Positions 36,432 to 47,113 of a stretch of 64,000 nt of DNA are shown here, piece after piece. Made by a program: the position numbers and the translations under genes. The DNA comes from a virus (lineage: Duplodnaviria; Caudoviricetes). The stretch lies in the IMG/VR virus record IMGVR_UViG_3300017722_005389; one strand, 5' to 3'. Each line of letters begins with the position of its first letter. Positions within the stretch are counted from its first letter, which is position 1. The notes beneath the pieces were generated by a model, which was given only the letters and a program-made list of their open reading frames with translations, was not told where the DNA came from and searched no databases.

Positions 36432-37841
36432 TTATACTAATCCTGTTAATAAAGTTGTTAAGTCTGTTGTGCTTATATTATTTAATCCTAATAAGGATTG
36501 GATTTGAATTTTTTGGTTTTTTATTTTTTCTAAAATTTTTTCTTGAGCTTCCTTAGCCACCAATTTTGACAAATGTTTTATAAGAATTTTCATAAGAAAT
36601 TTTATAACAATTGGAATAACAACTTTTTTAACTAAGTCTATTATAAATTGCCTGTTTTCATTCAAAAATTCTTTGAAATTGGTAAATCCTATAGTATTGC
36701 TAACAACTTTAAAATATGTGACAATCATCATCATCATTTTAGGGGCAAACAGAAGATTTACTAATGCTTTCAAAAGCCCAATAAGAAACTTATTAAAGAA
36801 AGTTTTTTTACCAATAGGCTTATTGCTTTCATCAAGACCATCTGTGGCTTCTTCTGAAAGAATTGTAAGTTTATTTTCTAATATTTCCTTTATTTCAACA
36901 AAATTTGTAGTTGTACTCAATTGATTTGCTAAATCTAATAATTGATCTACGCTGATGGTGCTTGAAACAAAATTACATTCCTTCAATATAATACTTCCAC
37001 TTATTTTTTCTTCTAACCTTTCATTAAAATAATCTATTTCATCTTTGCTAAATTCAAAATAACTGTTATTAATTTCGGTATCTGGTAAATCAATTATTTT
37101 TTGTACAAAGATTTCTAATTCTACATCTGCTGAAACACTATCTCTATTACGTTTTAAAAGTTTTGATGCGGTTCCGTAAATAATTTCAAATATTCTTGTA
37201 ATAAAAACTGGAAGCGTGAAAATGATAACTGAATCTAAGAATTTGTTAATAAAATCATTTACAGTTCTATTATTCCAAGTTGAATCTATTTTAACATTGA
37301 ATACATGTGTTTTCATTTTCCCATCCACCAATCCTTGAGGTAAATACGTTACTTTTATAAGATTTTTCCAATTTCCAGAATTACCTTGTAAAACGCTGTA
37401 TAAATAGGCGTTTAAATCTTGAGGAATACTCCCATAAATAAGAGTACCTGCAGCTGTTTCAGGATTTACTTTAAGGATTTTTGAGAAATCTACTTGACTA
37501 ACTGCAACATTAAATCCTATACCTGTTCCTTCAAGTAAAAAGTCTGGGATTTTTGCATCAATGGAACAAGAAAATTTACTTTTTAATAATACTTTTAAGC
37601 CATCTTTTAAATTAGTTTCAATTACTGGTGAAAGATAGGTTAAATAGCTTACTAATTCATCCTTAAATTCTTCAACTCCAACAATAATATCTATTAAGTC
37701 TTTGATAAATTGAATGACATCAGCCTTATTTTTAAAAGAAGGCAGTGATTTTCCTTTTTTTAATTTAGGAAAATCAGTATTAATGCTTTTTAATGCAGCT
37801 ATTTTATTTAAAACGTCATTTTTTTTATCTAAGTAATTCAT
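36432..37841 (-). CDS. Hypothetical protein (putative structural)
   Basis: 469-aa ORF in the late operon. Confidence 0.65.
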   Translation of the reverse strand: MNYLDKKNDVLNKIAALKSINTDFPKLKKGKSLPSFKNKADVIQFIKDLIDIIVGVEEFKDELVSYLTYLSPVIETNLKDGLKVLLKSKFSCSIDAKIPDFLLEGTGIGFNVAVSQVDFSKILKVNPETAAGTLIYGSIPQDLNAYLYSVLQGNSGNWKNLIKVTYLPQGLVDGKMKTHVFNVKIDSTWNNRTVNDFINKFLDSVIIFTLPVFITRIFEIIYGTASKLLKRNRDSVSADVELEIFVQKIIDLPDTEINNSYFEFSKDEIDYFNERLEEKISGSIILKECNFVSSTISVDQLLDLANQLSTTTNFVEIKEILENKLTILSEEATDGLDESNKPIGKKTFFNKFLIGLLKALVNLLFAPKMMMMIVTYFKVVSNTIGFTNFKEFLNENRQFIIDLVKKVVIPIVIKFLMKILIKHLSKLVAKEAQEKILEKIKNQKIQIQSLLGLNNISTTDLTTLLTGLV

Positions 37842-38260
37842 TCATTAAGGTCGTAAGTGCTATCATGTTCCATTTGTTTTATCAAATCATCCTTTATCTT
37901 TTTAATATCTGCTGAAGAAAGTGTTGGGAGTTCAGCAGTATCTTTATCATCATCCCTTTCTTTTACAGGTTTATTAAGAGACGTGACAACTTTCGAATGA
38001 ATGCTTATCAGCTTCACTTTTTTCTCAATAACATCGTTTAAAACCTTTCTACTTTCATTAATATACTTTGCAAGTTCCATCTCATCTTGGAAATCTTCTG
38101 GAGTATTTAAAGGCTTATTTTTTGCTTTTACTTTTGCATTCTGAGTTCTGTTATTCAAATCTTCAAGAATTGCTTTTTTCTGTTCATCGCAATCACGATA
38201 AACTTCTTTCATTGCATCGAATAGAGAATCAATGTCTAGTTTTAAATTTCTTTTTGCCAT
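37838..38260 (-). CDS. Hypothetical helical protein
   Basis: 140 aa; TATTTATA upstream (38274-38281). Confidence 0.65.
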   Translation of the reverse strand: MAKRNLKLDIDSLFDAMKEVYRDCDEQKKAILEDLNNRTQNAKVKAKNKPLNTPEDFQDEMELAKYINESRKVLNDVIEKKVKLISIHSKVVTSLNKPVKERDDDKDTAELPTLSSADIKKIKDDLIKQMEHDSTYDLNE

Positions 38261-38290
38261 TGCTATATTTTTCTATAAATATTTATAAAA

Positions 38291-39070
38291 TTATTTTTTT
38301 TTATAGAAATTTGGTAATGTGTTTTTTATAGCTGAATCATCGCAATTAAAATTCTTCTTCATTCGTTCTTGTTTTTTGATAAAATATAGTTTTTTAAATT
38401 TTTTGAGATTGGTACGTATGTTATCTGTATCTAATCCAGTTAGATTTCTCAAGCATTCTATTATTCTATTTTTTTCAAATTTTCTTCCGCCACCTGAATC
38501 AAAAAATAAAGCACTGTTTTTCATTATTTCAATAATACCATAACCAATCTTCAATTCATCCTCTTTAAAAATCCCAGAATTTTCATTTGAAACAATTATT
38601 TCTTCCAAAATATTTGAAAATTCTACAAAAAAATCTGATGTAAATGAATCGTATTCATCAATTTGATATGAAAATTTCTCGTCTTCTTCAATAGTAGTTG
38701 AAACTGTATCATAAGATTCTTTCCTGCTAATATTACGTCTTTCCTTTTTCTGTATAGCACTATTTCTATTTCTTATAATGGTTCCAAAGTAACTATACGC
38801 CCTTCCTTTGCCAGGTTCGTATTTTTCTATTTTGGTATGAAGAAAGCTTATCGTATCATTTAGCTGTTCATCAAAAGACATTTCTTTACATTGGAGATTG
38901 TATCTATTGATAATTGCTTCAGCCATTTTGATAAAAGGTTCTTTTAGATAAAATTCATAAAGAACCCTTCGCTCTTCTTCATCTGTAGATTTAAGATATT
39001 GCAATGTTGCAATTTCTTGGTCTTCGTCAAAATATTTTTCATTTTTTCTCTTCCTCCCTCGTTTTGCCAT
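38291..39070 (-). CDS. Late-transcription sigma-like factor (T4 gp55-like)
   Basis: YF...EIA..Y, KMAEAII, KIEKYEP.K.RAYSYFGTII, resembling the gp55 F.P.K..N.F.Y.T region. ORF track starts at 39082. Confidence 0.55.
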   Translation of the reverse strand: MAKRGRKRKNEKYFDEDQEIATLQYLKSTDEEERRVLYEFYLKEPFIKMAEAIINRYNLQCKEMSFDEQLNDTISFLHTKIEKYEPGKGRAYSYFGTIIRNRNSAIQKKERRNISRKESYDTVSTTIEEDEKFSYQIDEYDSFTSDFFVEFSNILEEIIVSNENSGIFKEDELKIGYGIIEIMKNSALFFDSGGGRKFEKNRIIECLRNLTGLDTDNIRTNLKKFKKLYFIKKQERMKKNFNCDDSAIKNTLPNFYKKK

Positions 39071-39074
39071 AAAA

Positions 39075-39851
39075 TTATACATAATTTATTTCACGGTCAT
39101 AATCAAAAAAGTATTCTTTTTTAGACATGTTGTACCAGAATTTTTTCTCAACCTCATCCATATCGCTTTGAAGATCGTGAATAGAGCCTGGTATACCGTT
39201 ATAATGTTTATATGTCATTTTAGGGATAACGTAAACCTTTTTTCCAAAATTTAGCAATCTCAAAAGAAATTCGAAATCTCCGAATTTCTTCATTGATGTT
39301 TTAAATTTGCCAACTGCTTTGAATGCCTCTAGTTTGATAGTGAGAGCATTAACATTGAAGTTATAAAGAGGTTTTTCTTTTGTTTTTTGCAAATCGAAAT
39401 ATCCAAATTTCTCCATATTTCCTGTTGCCCAAACACTTTCGTTTGAAAATCCAATCGGATTATCATTAGGATCCACTTCATAAATTAATGGAGTGAATGC
39501 ATCAACTTCTGGATAAGCCTGGATATACTTGTTGATATTCTCAATGTGATTTGGAAACATAATGTCATCCATTTGCAAAATTGAAAAATATGGGGTTAGA
39601 ATTACATCACAAGCAAAATTGATTTGTGAAGCATAATCATGCTTTCCACTATCATTAATCAATGTTACCATTCTAATGGCACGTGGAATTTCTTCAGAAA
39701 GTTTTTCGATTTCTTCGGAAATTTTAGGAGTAACAATTTGTACATAAAAATTAGGATCCTTTTGATTTTTTATAGATTCAATACATTGTACAAAGAATTC
39801 TCTATTGTTATCATTTATTTCATGAATTGGAATAATTACTGTTGTATTCAT
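39075..39851 (-). CDS. Glycosyltransferase, GT2 (GT-A)
   Basis: TVIIPIH, FSILQMDD, DFEFLLR. Confidence 0.75.
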   Translation of the reverse strand: MNTTVIIPIHEINDNNREFFVQCIESIKNQKDPNFYVQIVTPKISEEIEKLSEEIPRAIRMVTLINDSGKHDYASQINFACDVILTPYFSILQMDDIMFPNHIENINKYIQAYPEVDAFTPLIYEVDPNDNPIGFSNESVWATGNMEKFGYFDLQKTKEKPLYNFNVNALTIKLEAFKAVGKFKTSMKKFGDFEFLLRLLNFGKKVYVIPKMTYKHYNGIPGSIHDLQSDMDEVEKKFWYNMSKKEYFFDYDREINYV

Positions 39852-39853
39852 AT

Positions 39854-40930
39854 TTATTGTTCTTGTTTACTTTTAATTTCTTCTAATGTTTTCAATCTTT
39901 TTGCTACAAGGTTCTGAAATGTTTCAAGCGTTTGAGCTTCAAATTTTTCTTTTGAATAGTTATTAGCCGTATCAGCCATAACCTTATAAGTTTCTTGATT
40001 CAAGGTATCTGTGAACCATTCATCTAGGAATTTTGAAATATAATCTGGAATTGCAGAATAATTCAAAAGCCAAATACCGTTTTCTTTTATAGTGTATTTA
40101 CCATCGTCTTCTTTACCCATCCATTCTGGAACCATTTCAGGAATTTTTCCTATAACTGGAACACCGCATTTCATAGATTCAAGAGGGAATGTTCCGAAAG
40201 CTGAAATTTCATCCACCCAAACAGAAAGACAGCATTCGCTAAGATTGCTTGCAAATTGTTGTCTATCCATATTTGATGTCACCACAAATGGAACCCAAGC
40301 ATATTGAGGGTATTGAAGGTGAAATTGTTTTTCAAGTCTTTCGCCTCTGGATTTATCTCTTGTATAAAGGAAAATCTTTGGTGTTTGTGGTTTTTCAGAT
40401 GGTTTGAACTCATCATGAATATAAGGATTCACAACTGAAATATCCATGTTTCTCATGAAGTTTTCAATATGTTCCTTTTGAGCTTGTGTTGTGGTGATAA
40501 CATTTTTGATGCCGAAATTACTCCATCTTGCACCTGCACTCAAATTGAAGAAGATAAGGTCGTATACTTGAGAAATCACAACAGTTTCCCAAGGAAGTTT
40601 GATGTTATTCTGGCGCATATCTGTGAAAAAGGATTCAACCCAAACTTCTGGCAAGAAAAGAAAGTCAGAAGGTTTGACTGTAACTTTTTCAAAAGGAATA
40701 TGTGGAAGTTTGCTGTAGTTGCCACCCATCCATCCTGGAGTCATATATTCTTTGTCGTGAAGAATAAATGATTTGAATCCGAACTTTCTCAAAGATTCAA
40801 CCATATCGTAAATATATGATACAGCTCCACTCGTATTTCCTTTAGTATTTGGAACATAGAAGTAAAAAGAACCTTGATTTTCTTTTAATTCGTTGATAAA
40901 ATCTTCTAAAGTAAGTTGTTTATTTTCCAT
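39854..40930 (-). CDS. Glycosyltransferase, GT-B/GT4-like
   Basis: SGAVSYIY; WVDEISAFGTFPLESMKCGVPVIG (EX7E-like region). Confidence 0.7.
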   Translation of the reverse strand: MENKQLTLEDFINELKENQGSFYFYVPNTKGNTSGAVSYIYDMVESLRKFGFKSFILHDKEYMTPGWMGGNYSKLPHIPFEKVTVKPSDFLFLPEVWVESFFTDMRQNNIKLPWETVVISQVYDLIFFNLSAGARWSNFGIKNVITTTQAQKEHIENFMRNMDISVVNPYIHDEFKPSEKPQTPKIFLYTRDKSRGERLEKQFHLQYPQYAWVPFVVTSNMDRQQFASNLSECCLSVWVDEISAFGTFPLESMKCGVPVIGKIPEMVPEWMGKEDDGKYTIKENGIWLLNYSAIPDYISKFLDEWFTDTLNQETYKVMADTANNYSKEKFEAQTLETFQNLVAKRLKTLEEIKSKQEQ

Positions 40931-40939
40931 TGTATTATT

Positions 40940-41734
40940 TTAGTTAATCTGTTTTTTGAAGTAGTTGTTTATATCGTTAATAGAGTTAAATTCAAAAATT
41001 CTGTCACCTTTTATTTCTTTATTTTGTTCAGTGACAATTTTCAAGCAAATCTTTTTTTCAGGCTTTGTTTTGATAATGTAAGGGTCAGCTGTAATGATGA
41101 TGTCATACAGTTCCCAAATCTTTGAATAATCATAAAGGAATTTGATGTTGTTTCCTTTGAAATTATTTTGTGCGAGAAATAATAAAGTTGCAGGTTTGCT
41201 GTTTTCTCTTTCCTGGCTGACGATTGTGATTGTATAACCTTTTTTGGTTAAAGATGAATATAGCTCATCCAAATCAAACATTGCTTTTGAGTAAGTCAAT
41301 GGTGTTCTTGAGAAAATTTCAAATGCCTGGTCTTGATAAAGAAATTCAACAAATTCTTGATGGTCTTTGAATTTGAACATCTTTGTCAATCCAATCGGAT
41401 CCTCTGAATCTGAAATCTCAATAGAAGTTCTTTCAACTTCCAAAGAAACCTCTTCAGTTTCCCAAAGATCTACTGGTTTGTCTAATGAATTGTTTGTTAA
41501 ATCAAAAACCTTTAATGGCTCTATTTGCTTCACATTTGCCTCGTCAAGGATTTTCTTTTGCTCTTCTGTAAGAAGGTCTGAAGCAATAGGATTTTTTTCT
41601 TCTATTGAGTGATTTTCGAGGTCAGTATATTCTGTGAATTTTTCATTGATATCTCTTGTGTACATCTCATACGCAAAATCCACCGTTTCATAATGACCTC
41701 GAATAACCTCATTCAATGTAATACCTAATCTCAT
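40940..41734 (-). CDS. HAD-like 5'(3')-nucleotidase homologue with degenerate motif I
   Basis: RLGITLNEV in place of IDxDGV; ITIVS; DIIITADP. Confidence 0.5.
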   Translation of the reverse strand: MRLGITLNEVIRGHYETVDFAYEMYTRDINEKFTEYTDLENHSIEEKNPIASDLLTEEQKKILDEANVKQIEPLKVFDLTNNSLDKPVDLWETEEVSLEVERTSIEISDSEDPIGLTKMFKFKDHQEFVEFLYQDQAFEIFSRTPLTYSKAMFDLDELYSSLTKKGYTITIVSQERENSKPATLLFLAQNNFKGNNIKFLYDYSKIWELYDIIITADPYIIKTKPEKKICLKIVTEQNKEIKGDRIFEFNSINDINNYFKKQIN

Positions 41735-41791
41735 TATCTTTTTTATTGATAATATATAGGTTTCTTTGGTAAAGTAAAATTTATTTATTTA

Positions 41792-42433
41792 TTACAATAA
41801 ATTAGTGTTTTTTAATAGAACATCATCTTTATCTAAAAATAATATTTGCCAATTTTCTCCAAGTGATTTTTGTATATCATTTAAATTTGGTTGATTCTCA
41901 TATACTTCTTCATTAGAATATTCAGTATAAATATATTTGGTTCGATTTAAAGTTTCTTTTGCTCCTTCAAATACTAAATCTTCAGCTCCTTGAACATCCA
42001 TCCATATAAAATCTATAATTTTATTTTTTAAAAAATCAAAATCATCTAATCTAATGGTTTTTATTTTTATTTTTTCTGTAAATTTAACCCACTTATGTAT
42101 AGATAAATGTTTTTTAGGCTTTTTTAAAGAGTTACTTGCAGACCAAGGGTTATTCTTTAATAATTCAATTGGACTTTTACCTTTAAATTCCCCACTAGAT
42201 AGAAAAAAATCCGCTTCTCCATTTTTATTAGAAACAGCAAATTCAAATATTTCTGCAATATTTGTTACACCTGTGTCTTTCAATATCTTTATATTTCTCG
42301 GATCTGGTTCAAATCCGATAATTGTTGATTTTGGAGATATTTCTTTAAAAATTTTTGTATCTGTCCCAAAATGACAGCCGATTTCAACTATTAAATTGAA
42401 ATTATTCGATTTTATAAATTCATATATATTCAT
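41792..42433 (-). CDS. FkbM-family methyltransferase
   Basis: VEIGCHFG, FEPDPRN, WMDVQGAE. Start moved to give an ATGA overlap (ORF track 42466). Confidence 0.85.
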   Translation of the reverse strand: MNIYEFIKSNNFNLIVEIGCHFGTDTKIFKEISPKSTIIGFEPDPRNIKILKDTGVTNIAEIFEFAVSNKNGEADFFLSSGEFKGKSPIELLKNNPWSASNSLKKPKKHLSIHKWVKFTEKIKIKTIRLDDFDFLKNKIIDFIWMDVQGAEDLVFEGAKETLNRTKYIYTEYSNEEVYENQPNLNDIQKSLGENWQILFLDKDDVLLKNTNLL

Positions 42434-43164
42434 AATCTTTTCCAATTTTTTACTCCTAAATCCCATGATAAGTCACCTAAAAACCATGTTTTTGGATGTA
42501 TTATATTTTTTGATTTTGATAGCCATGCACCCCACCAGGCGAAACTACTATTTGATATAACAAAATTTTTACTATGTTGTAATAGTGCAAGTGTGTCCTT
42601 TTCGTTTAAATCTAGAAACACATATTCTTTTTTATTACTACTGAAATTTGAAATACACCAATTTAAATCATCAGAAATGAATATAACTTTATTTATATTT
42701 CCGAATTCATTTATAGCTTTATTATACCAATCCAAATCACAAACTAAAAAATTTTTGTTCTTTACGTAATCTGTTCTTCTAACTTGAACTACTAAATAAT
42801 CTTCCTGAATTTCAATAGTATTTTTTAAAAAGAATGTATTTCTTATTTCTTCAGAAATTTCTAAAAAATAATTTTCATTTTGAAAATATCCGCTAAAACT
42901 ATAATTAGTATTTTTATCTAAAAAATTATAAGGAAAATTTGAGTCATTTTCATATGACCCATAATATATTTTGTCTATACATTTTATATTTTTATCAAGC
43001 TTTTTTTCAGCAATATCAAAAATATCTAACATATATTTTCTAACTTTAGATGGTTTATATTCAAAAAATAATTCACAATTATATTTTTTTTCTAACATTT
43101 TACCAAATGCAAATTGAAACATTTGATTGCCCAAACCATCTGAAAGCATAATATTTATTTTCAT
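42430..43164 (-). CDS. Alpha-1,2-fucosyltransferase-like (GT11)
   Basis: GLGNQMFQ, GYFQNE, VRRTDY, NSSFAWWGAWL. Confidence 0.88.
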   Translation of the reverse strand: MKINIMLSDGLGNQMFQFAFGKMLEKKYNCELFFEYKPSKVRKYMLDIFDIAEKKLDKNIKCIDKIYYGSYENDSNFPYNFLDKNTNYSFSGYFQNENYFLEISEEIRNTFFLKNTIEIQEDYLVVQVRRTDYVKNKNFLVCDLDWYNKAINEFGNINKVIFISDDLNWCISNFSSNKKEYVFLDLNEKDTLALLQHSKNFVISNSSFAWWGAWLSKSKNIIHPKTWFLGDLSWDLGVKNWKRL

Positions 43165-43736
43165 TAAACTTTTTTAAAAATCATAATTGTATCTCTAAAC
43201 CATGTTGCATTAGTTGCACTATTTCTTAATTTAGTTGAAGCCTCAATTTCATAAGAATAACCTCTTTTTTGTAATTCTGAAACAACATAGTCATTATTTT
43301 GACAATTTACATGTCCACTTCCAGGTTGACCGATAATAGCCCAACTTAAAATAATTAAATTATTTGAATGATTGCAAATATTATTTATGAAAATTTGTTC
43401 ATATTCCTTTGGGATATGCTCACCTACTTCTAAACTCAATACACAATCAACCTTTTTACTTAAATTGAACTCTTTTGATAAATCAAGAACTTTTCCTATA
43501 CCATTTGTAAGCATTTCAGTATTTGGATTACCATCATATGCTTCACAAAAAATATTTTCTTTTATTATTGATTTTGCATAATCTCCCATACCACATCCAA
43601 AATCAATCAATGTTTTTACATTTTTTTCTTTCAAATAAGTAATTAAAGAATTGCATAAAGCAATATCATGTACATGTCCTATGCCTGAGTTTGTTTCCCA
43701 GAATCCGTTTTTATTTATTATAAAACTCTTTTTCAT
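43164..43736 (-). CDS. Class I SAM-dependent methyltransferase
   Basis: LIDFGCGMG, LSLEVGEHI, GHVNCQ. Confidence 0.82.
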   Translation of the reverse strand: MKKSFIINKNGFWETNSGIGHVHDIALCNSLITYLKEKNVKTLIDFGCGMGDYAKSIIKENIFCEAYDGNPNTEMLTNGIGKVLDLSKEFNLSKKVDCVLSLEVGEHIPKEYEQIFINNICNHSNNLIILSWAIIGQPGSGHVNCQNNDYVVSELQKRGYSYEIEASTKLRNSATNATWFRDTIMIFKKV

Positions 43737-43749
43737 TTATTTGTTATTT

Positions 43750-44460
43750 TTATTTATATATGATTTCACATTTATTTTTTAAATCGTTAAAAAGCTTTTT
43801 TATTTCATTCTCCTGTTTATTATAATGTACTCCCCATTTAAATTTTTTGTTCTCTTCAGATAGTCTACTATTAAATAGTTTATATCTATCTATTAGATAT
43901 TTTTCAGATAGGTATTTAAAATGAAATAATTTATAGCGTTCTTTAGAATACACTATTTTCCCTGAAGGAGCGCATTTGTGACATCCTGGCGAATAATTAA
44001 TTTCATTTATCTTTTTTTTATTAAATAGAACATTTTTATCATAATATTCAGTTCGAACTCCACTTTTGATGCTGTATAAATCTATAATATCATTATTATT
44101 TAAGTTTATCATATCATACCCTTCAAAATTTATTATAGTAGAATTTGAACGAATTTCATTTTTTAACATATTTTCATCTATGCTTACTAATTCATCGCAA
44201 TCACACACAAGCACCCAATCAGTATTCGAATTTTTCCAACAATTATTTTTTATTTCAAGATATTTTCCTTCAGAAATTTGGTTATTTGAATCGAAATATT
44301 CAATTTTGCAATTATTTTTTTTAGCGATTTCAACTGTTTTATCTGTGGAATAGTTATCGAATACTACGATTTCGCAGCCTGGAAATTTTTTTCTATAATG
44401 ATTAATAAAAAATTCAATCATTAATTCTTCATTATATGTAATAGTATAAATTGTTACCAT
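43750..44460 (-). CDS. Glycosyltransferase, GT2-like
   Basis: YNEELMI.FF..HY, VFDNYSTD, WVLVCDCDE. Confidence 0.8.
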   Translation of the reverse strand: MVTIYTITYNEELMIEFFINHYRKKFPGCEIVVFDNYSTDKTVEIAKKNNCKIEYFDSNNQISEGKYLEIKNNCWKNSNTDWVLVCDCDELVSIDENMLKNEIRSNSTIINFEGYDMINLNNNDIIDLYSIKSGVRTEYYDKNVLFNKKKINEINYSPGCHKCAPSGKIVYSKERYKLFHFKYLSEKYLIDRYKLFNSRLSEENKKFKWGVHYNKQENEIKKLFNDLKNKCEIIYK

Positions 44461-44473
44461 ATTTTTTGCTTTA

Positions 44474-45154
44474 TTAAATTCTTTCAGTAAGATGACTACA
44501 AGTAATTTTATTGATAACTATTCCTTTATTATTAGTGTTCTTCATAAAATCTGAAATTCTATTCCATAAATCTGCATCTGCAGGATAAATTTTACCTGTT
44601 TCTTCAAATACATCTCGATACCTCAAATTAGTTTTGGAGAAATTGATACAAGTCGCAGATCTAACTATATCTCCGCTTTTTGGATAAAATGGATTATTGA
44701 TATCTTTAGGAAGAACTTGATTATTTATATGATTAGACTTTGTTGTTATAAAAAAATAATCATTAACAAATTTAGAAATTTCTTCTAAGTGATTTGATTC
44801 CCACCAATCATCGTGATCTAAATGGCAAATATGGTAAATATTTTTCTTTAAACACAAATCAATACCATAATTTGTTGCATTAACTCCGCCTGAACACCAT
44901 AATTTTTTATCCCCCAAAGAATACTTATCTCTTTCTTTTGCATAAGGCAAATTAATCGAAAATATTTTTTCTTTAGGAATTATAGATTTAGAAATATTTA
45001 CAAATTCTTCGTTGTTATCATATTTATCTCCGATTAAAAATACTTTGTAATTAGTATAAGTTTGATTTTTTATACTATTTAATGATTTTTGTAAATATTT
45101 TATTGAATTCCCATCTTTTCTTTGATAAGTGGGTATTATTATACCTATAGTCAT
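44474..45154 (-). CDS. Glycosyltransferase, GT2
   Basis: IIIPTYQR, HLDHDDWW, ADADLW. Confidence 0.8.
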   Translation of the reverse strand: MTIGIIIPTYQRKDGNSIKYLQKSLNSIKNQTYTNYKVFLIGDKYDNNEEFVNISKSIIPKEKIFSINLPYAKERDKYSLGDKKLWCSGGVNATNYGIDLCLKKNIYHICHLDHDDWWESNHLEEISKFVNDYFFITTKSNHINNQVLPKDINNPFYPKSGDIVRSATCINFSKTNLRYRDVFEETGKIYPADADLWNRISDFMKNTNNKGIVINKITCSHLTERI

Positions 45155-45162
45155 TTTTAAAA

Positions 45163-45750
45163 TTATTTTATTTTTTTTGTTGGAGTTCCAATGTAAGTTC
45201 CAGATTCAGTTATATCTTTAATAACTCCTGAATTTAATCCAATAATAACATAATCACATATTTTAATTTTTTCTTTAGCTGTTGAATTTGTTCCTATATA
45301 TACATAATCACCAATGTTGCAATTTCCTGATACTACAACATTTGGCATTGCAGAAAAAAATTCACCTATTATTGTATCATGCCCAATATGATTTCCTCTA
45401 TTTAAAATGCAGTGTGCACCTATAGAAATATTAGTAGTTAATATACAATTTGCCCCTATAAAAGATCCCTTGCCAATTGTAATATTTTTATCAAATATTT
45501 GTGCTGATGGATGGATAAATGTAAAATATTGAGTCTCTTTTGGTAATTTGTCCACTATTTTTTTTCTAATTTCTGAATCACCTATTGCTACTAAAACTTC
45601 AAATTCATTTATATTGAATTGGCTTAGTGGTAATATTTTAGGATTATTATCTTTTATAAAAATATCATCTACAAAACATGTTAATTCTTCGCCTATTTGT
45701 GAGATTACTTCTTTTGCATGACCCCCATATCCGATTAATGCCTTTTTCAT
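45163..45750 (-). CDS. Sugar N/O-acetyltransferase (PglD/NeuD-like, hexapeptide repeats)
   Basis: IGYGGHAKEV, IHPSA, IGHD, left-handed beta-helix repeats. Confidence 0.85.
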   Translation of the reverse strand: MKKALIGYGGHAKEVISQIGEELTCFVDDIFIKDNNPKILPLSQFNINEFEVLVAIGDSEIRKKIVDKLPKETQYFTFIHPSAQIFDKNITIGKGSFIGANCILTTNISIGAHCILNRGNHIGHDTIIGEFFSAMPNVVVSGNCNIGDYVYIGTNSTAKEKIKICDYVIIGLNSGVIKDITESGTYIGTPTKKIK

Positions 45751-45754
45751 TTAA

Positions 45755-46477
45755 TTAAACTATTTTTATATATTTACATTCTTTTGTTATTTTCCATACT
45801 TTATTTATAATTGATTTTTTCCAAGTATAATATTTTTCACCCTCTCGATATAAATCCCAGGTTAAATGATAAGCAACATTTTTATTAGTATGAGCCCATT
45901 GTTTATTCAATTCTTTTACTTTTTTATATATGTTTATATCAAGATAATAAACACTCTTTATGTGGTCTAAATCAATACTTCTAAAAGTTAATAAGTTGTT
46001 GCCAGTATTTTTATATATTGGTTCGTATGGAAGATTTCTTAATTTACATTTTTCATTATAATTTTCAATTCCAATAATAGGATTAGGTAAAATATATAAA
46101 TTGTCTAGAAATAAATCTCCCGATGAAACCATTACATTTGGAAAATTTAAATTATGTAATATTTCTTCAAAAAAAGAATGTGAATTATATAAATATAAAT
46201 CCCCATCCGTAATTGTTATATATTCATATTCTTTTAATAAGGGAGTGAAATCTCTTAGAAAAATATTTATAGCATTTGCTGCAATATTTTCTTCAAATTG
46301 TATATAACCTTTTAATTTATTATTATTAGAAATGAAATATTGTTTTATTTCATTTGAACTTGAACTACTATTTTCTATAATAAAAAAATCTATACCATCA
46401 ATATATATTGATTCAAAAGATAATTTAATATGCTCAAAATTTTGAAAAGCGAAAAAAACACAGATATGTTTTTTCAT
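45755..46477 (-). CDS. Putative GT-A-fold protein
   Basis: FIIENSS, YITITDGDL (DxD), AYHLTWD; cluster context. Confidence 0.5.
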   Translation of the reverse strand: MKKHICVFFAFQNFEHIKLSFESIYIDGIDFFIIENSSSSSNEIKQYFISNNNKLKGYIQFEENIAANAINIFLRDFTPLLKEYEYITITDGDLYLYNSHSFFEEILHNLNFPNVMVSSGDLFLDNLYILPNPIIGIENYNEKCKLRNLPYEPIYKNTGNNLLTFRSIDLDHIKSVYYLDINIYKKVKELNKQWAHTNKNVAYHLTWDLYREGEKYYTWKKSIINKVWKITKECKYIKIV

Positions 46478-46483
46478 TATAAA

Positions 46484-47113
46484 TTATTTAGTATAAATTT
46501 CAAATTTAGATAAATCAGGATAAGGTAATTCTAAATCAGCATTTTCTTTTTTAGAACCATCTGTATTATAGAATTGATTCATAAGGAGCATTCCTCTAGT
46601 TGCTAATTCAGGCATCATATAAAAATTCCAACCTAGCATATCAAGATTGTCTTCATGGTAAGAACATTCATTCATTCCAGAGTATCTAGCTCTTTTAAAC
46701 CATTTATATGCATCTTCATTATCGGTTAAAATTGCTCCACCTTTACTCAATTTAAAATGTTTGTATGGACCTGTAAACGAAATACACATGTGCGTATTTG
46801 GTATATACATATCTGCAGTAAATCTTAATGCTGAATCCCATACATTTGTTGGTTGTAAGCAATATGCTCCTTTTAATGTTGTGCCTTCTACAGGAGCAAA
46901 ATTAACTTTTGCACCTGCATGTATTATTTCACAAGGAACACTTGGATAAGTTCTTGCAGGGATTGTTATTTCTAACCCTGAGACTTTCTCATACATTAAT
47001 GCTAAAAATAGTGCATTACTCTGATTGTCTACAGTTACGACATAAGGTGCATTAGTATATTTTGAAAGAGCATTTTCAAAATCTTCAGTTATTTTATATA
47101 TTCCGTTTGCCAT
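46484..47113 (-). CDS. DegT/DnrJ/EryC1/StrS sugar aminotransferase (short form)
   Basis: FE..LSKY, TYPSVP, WDSA, SFTGPYKH (PLP lysine), GGAILTD, GWNFYM. Confidence 0.82.
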   Translation of the reverse strand: MANGIYKITEDFENALSKYTNAPYVVTVDNQSNALFLALMYEKVSGLEITIPARTYPSVPCEIIHAGAKVNFAPVEGTTLKGAYCLQPTNVWDSALRFTADMYIPNTHMCISFTGPYKHFKLSKGGAILTDNEDAYKWFKRARYSGMNECSYHEDNLDMLGWNFYMMPELATRGMLLMNQFYNTDGSKKENADLELPYPDLSKFEIYTK

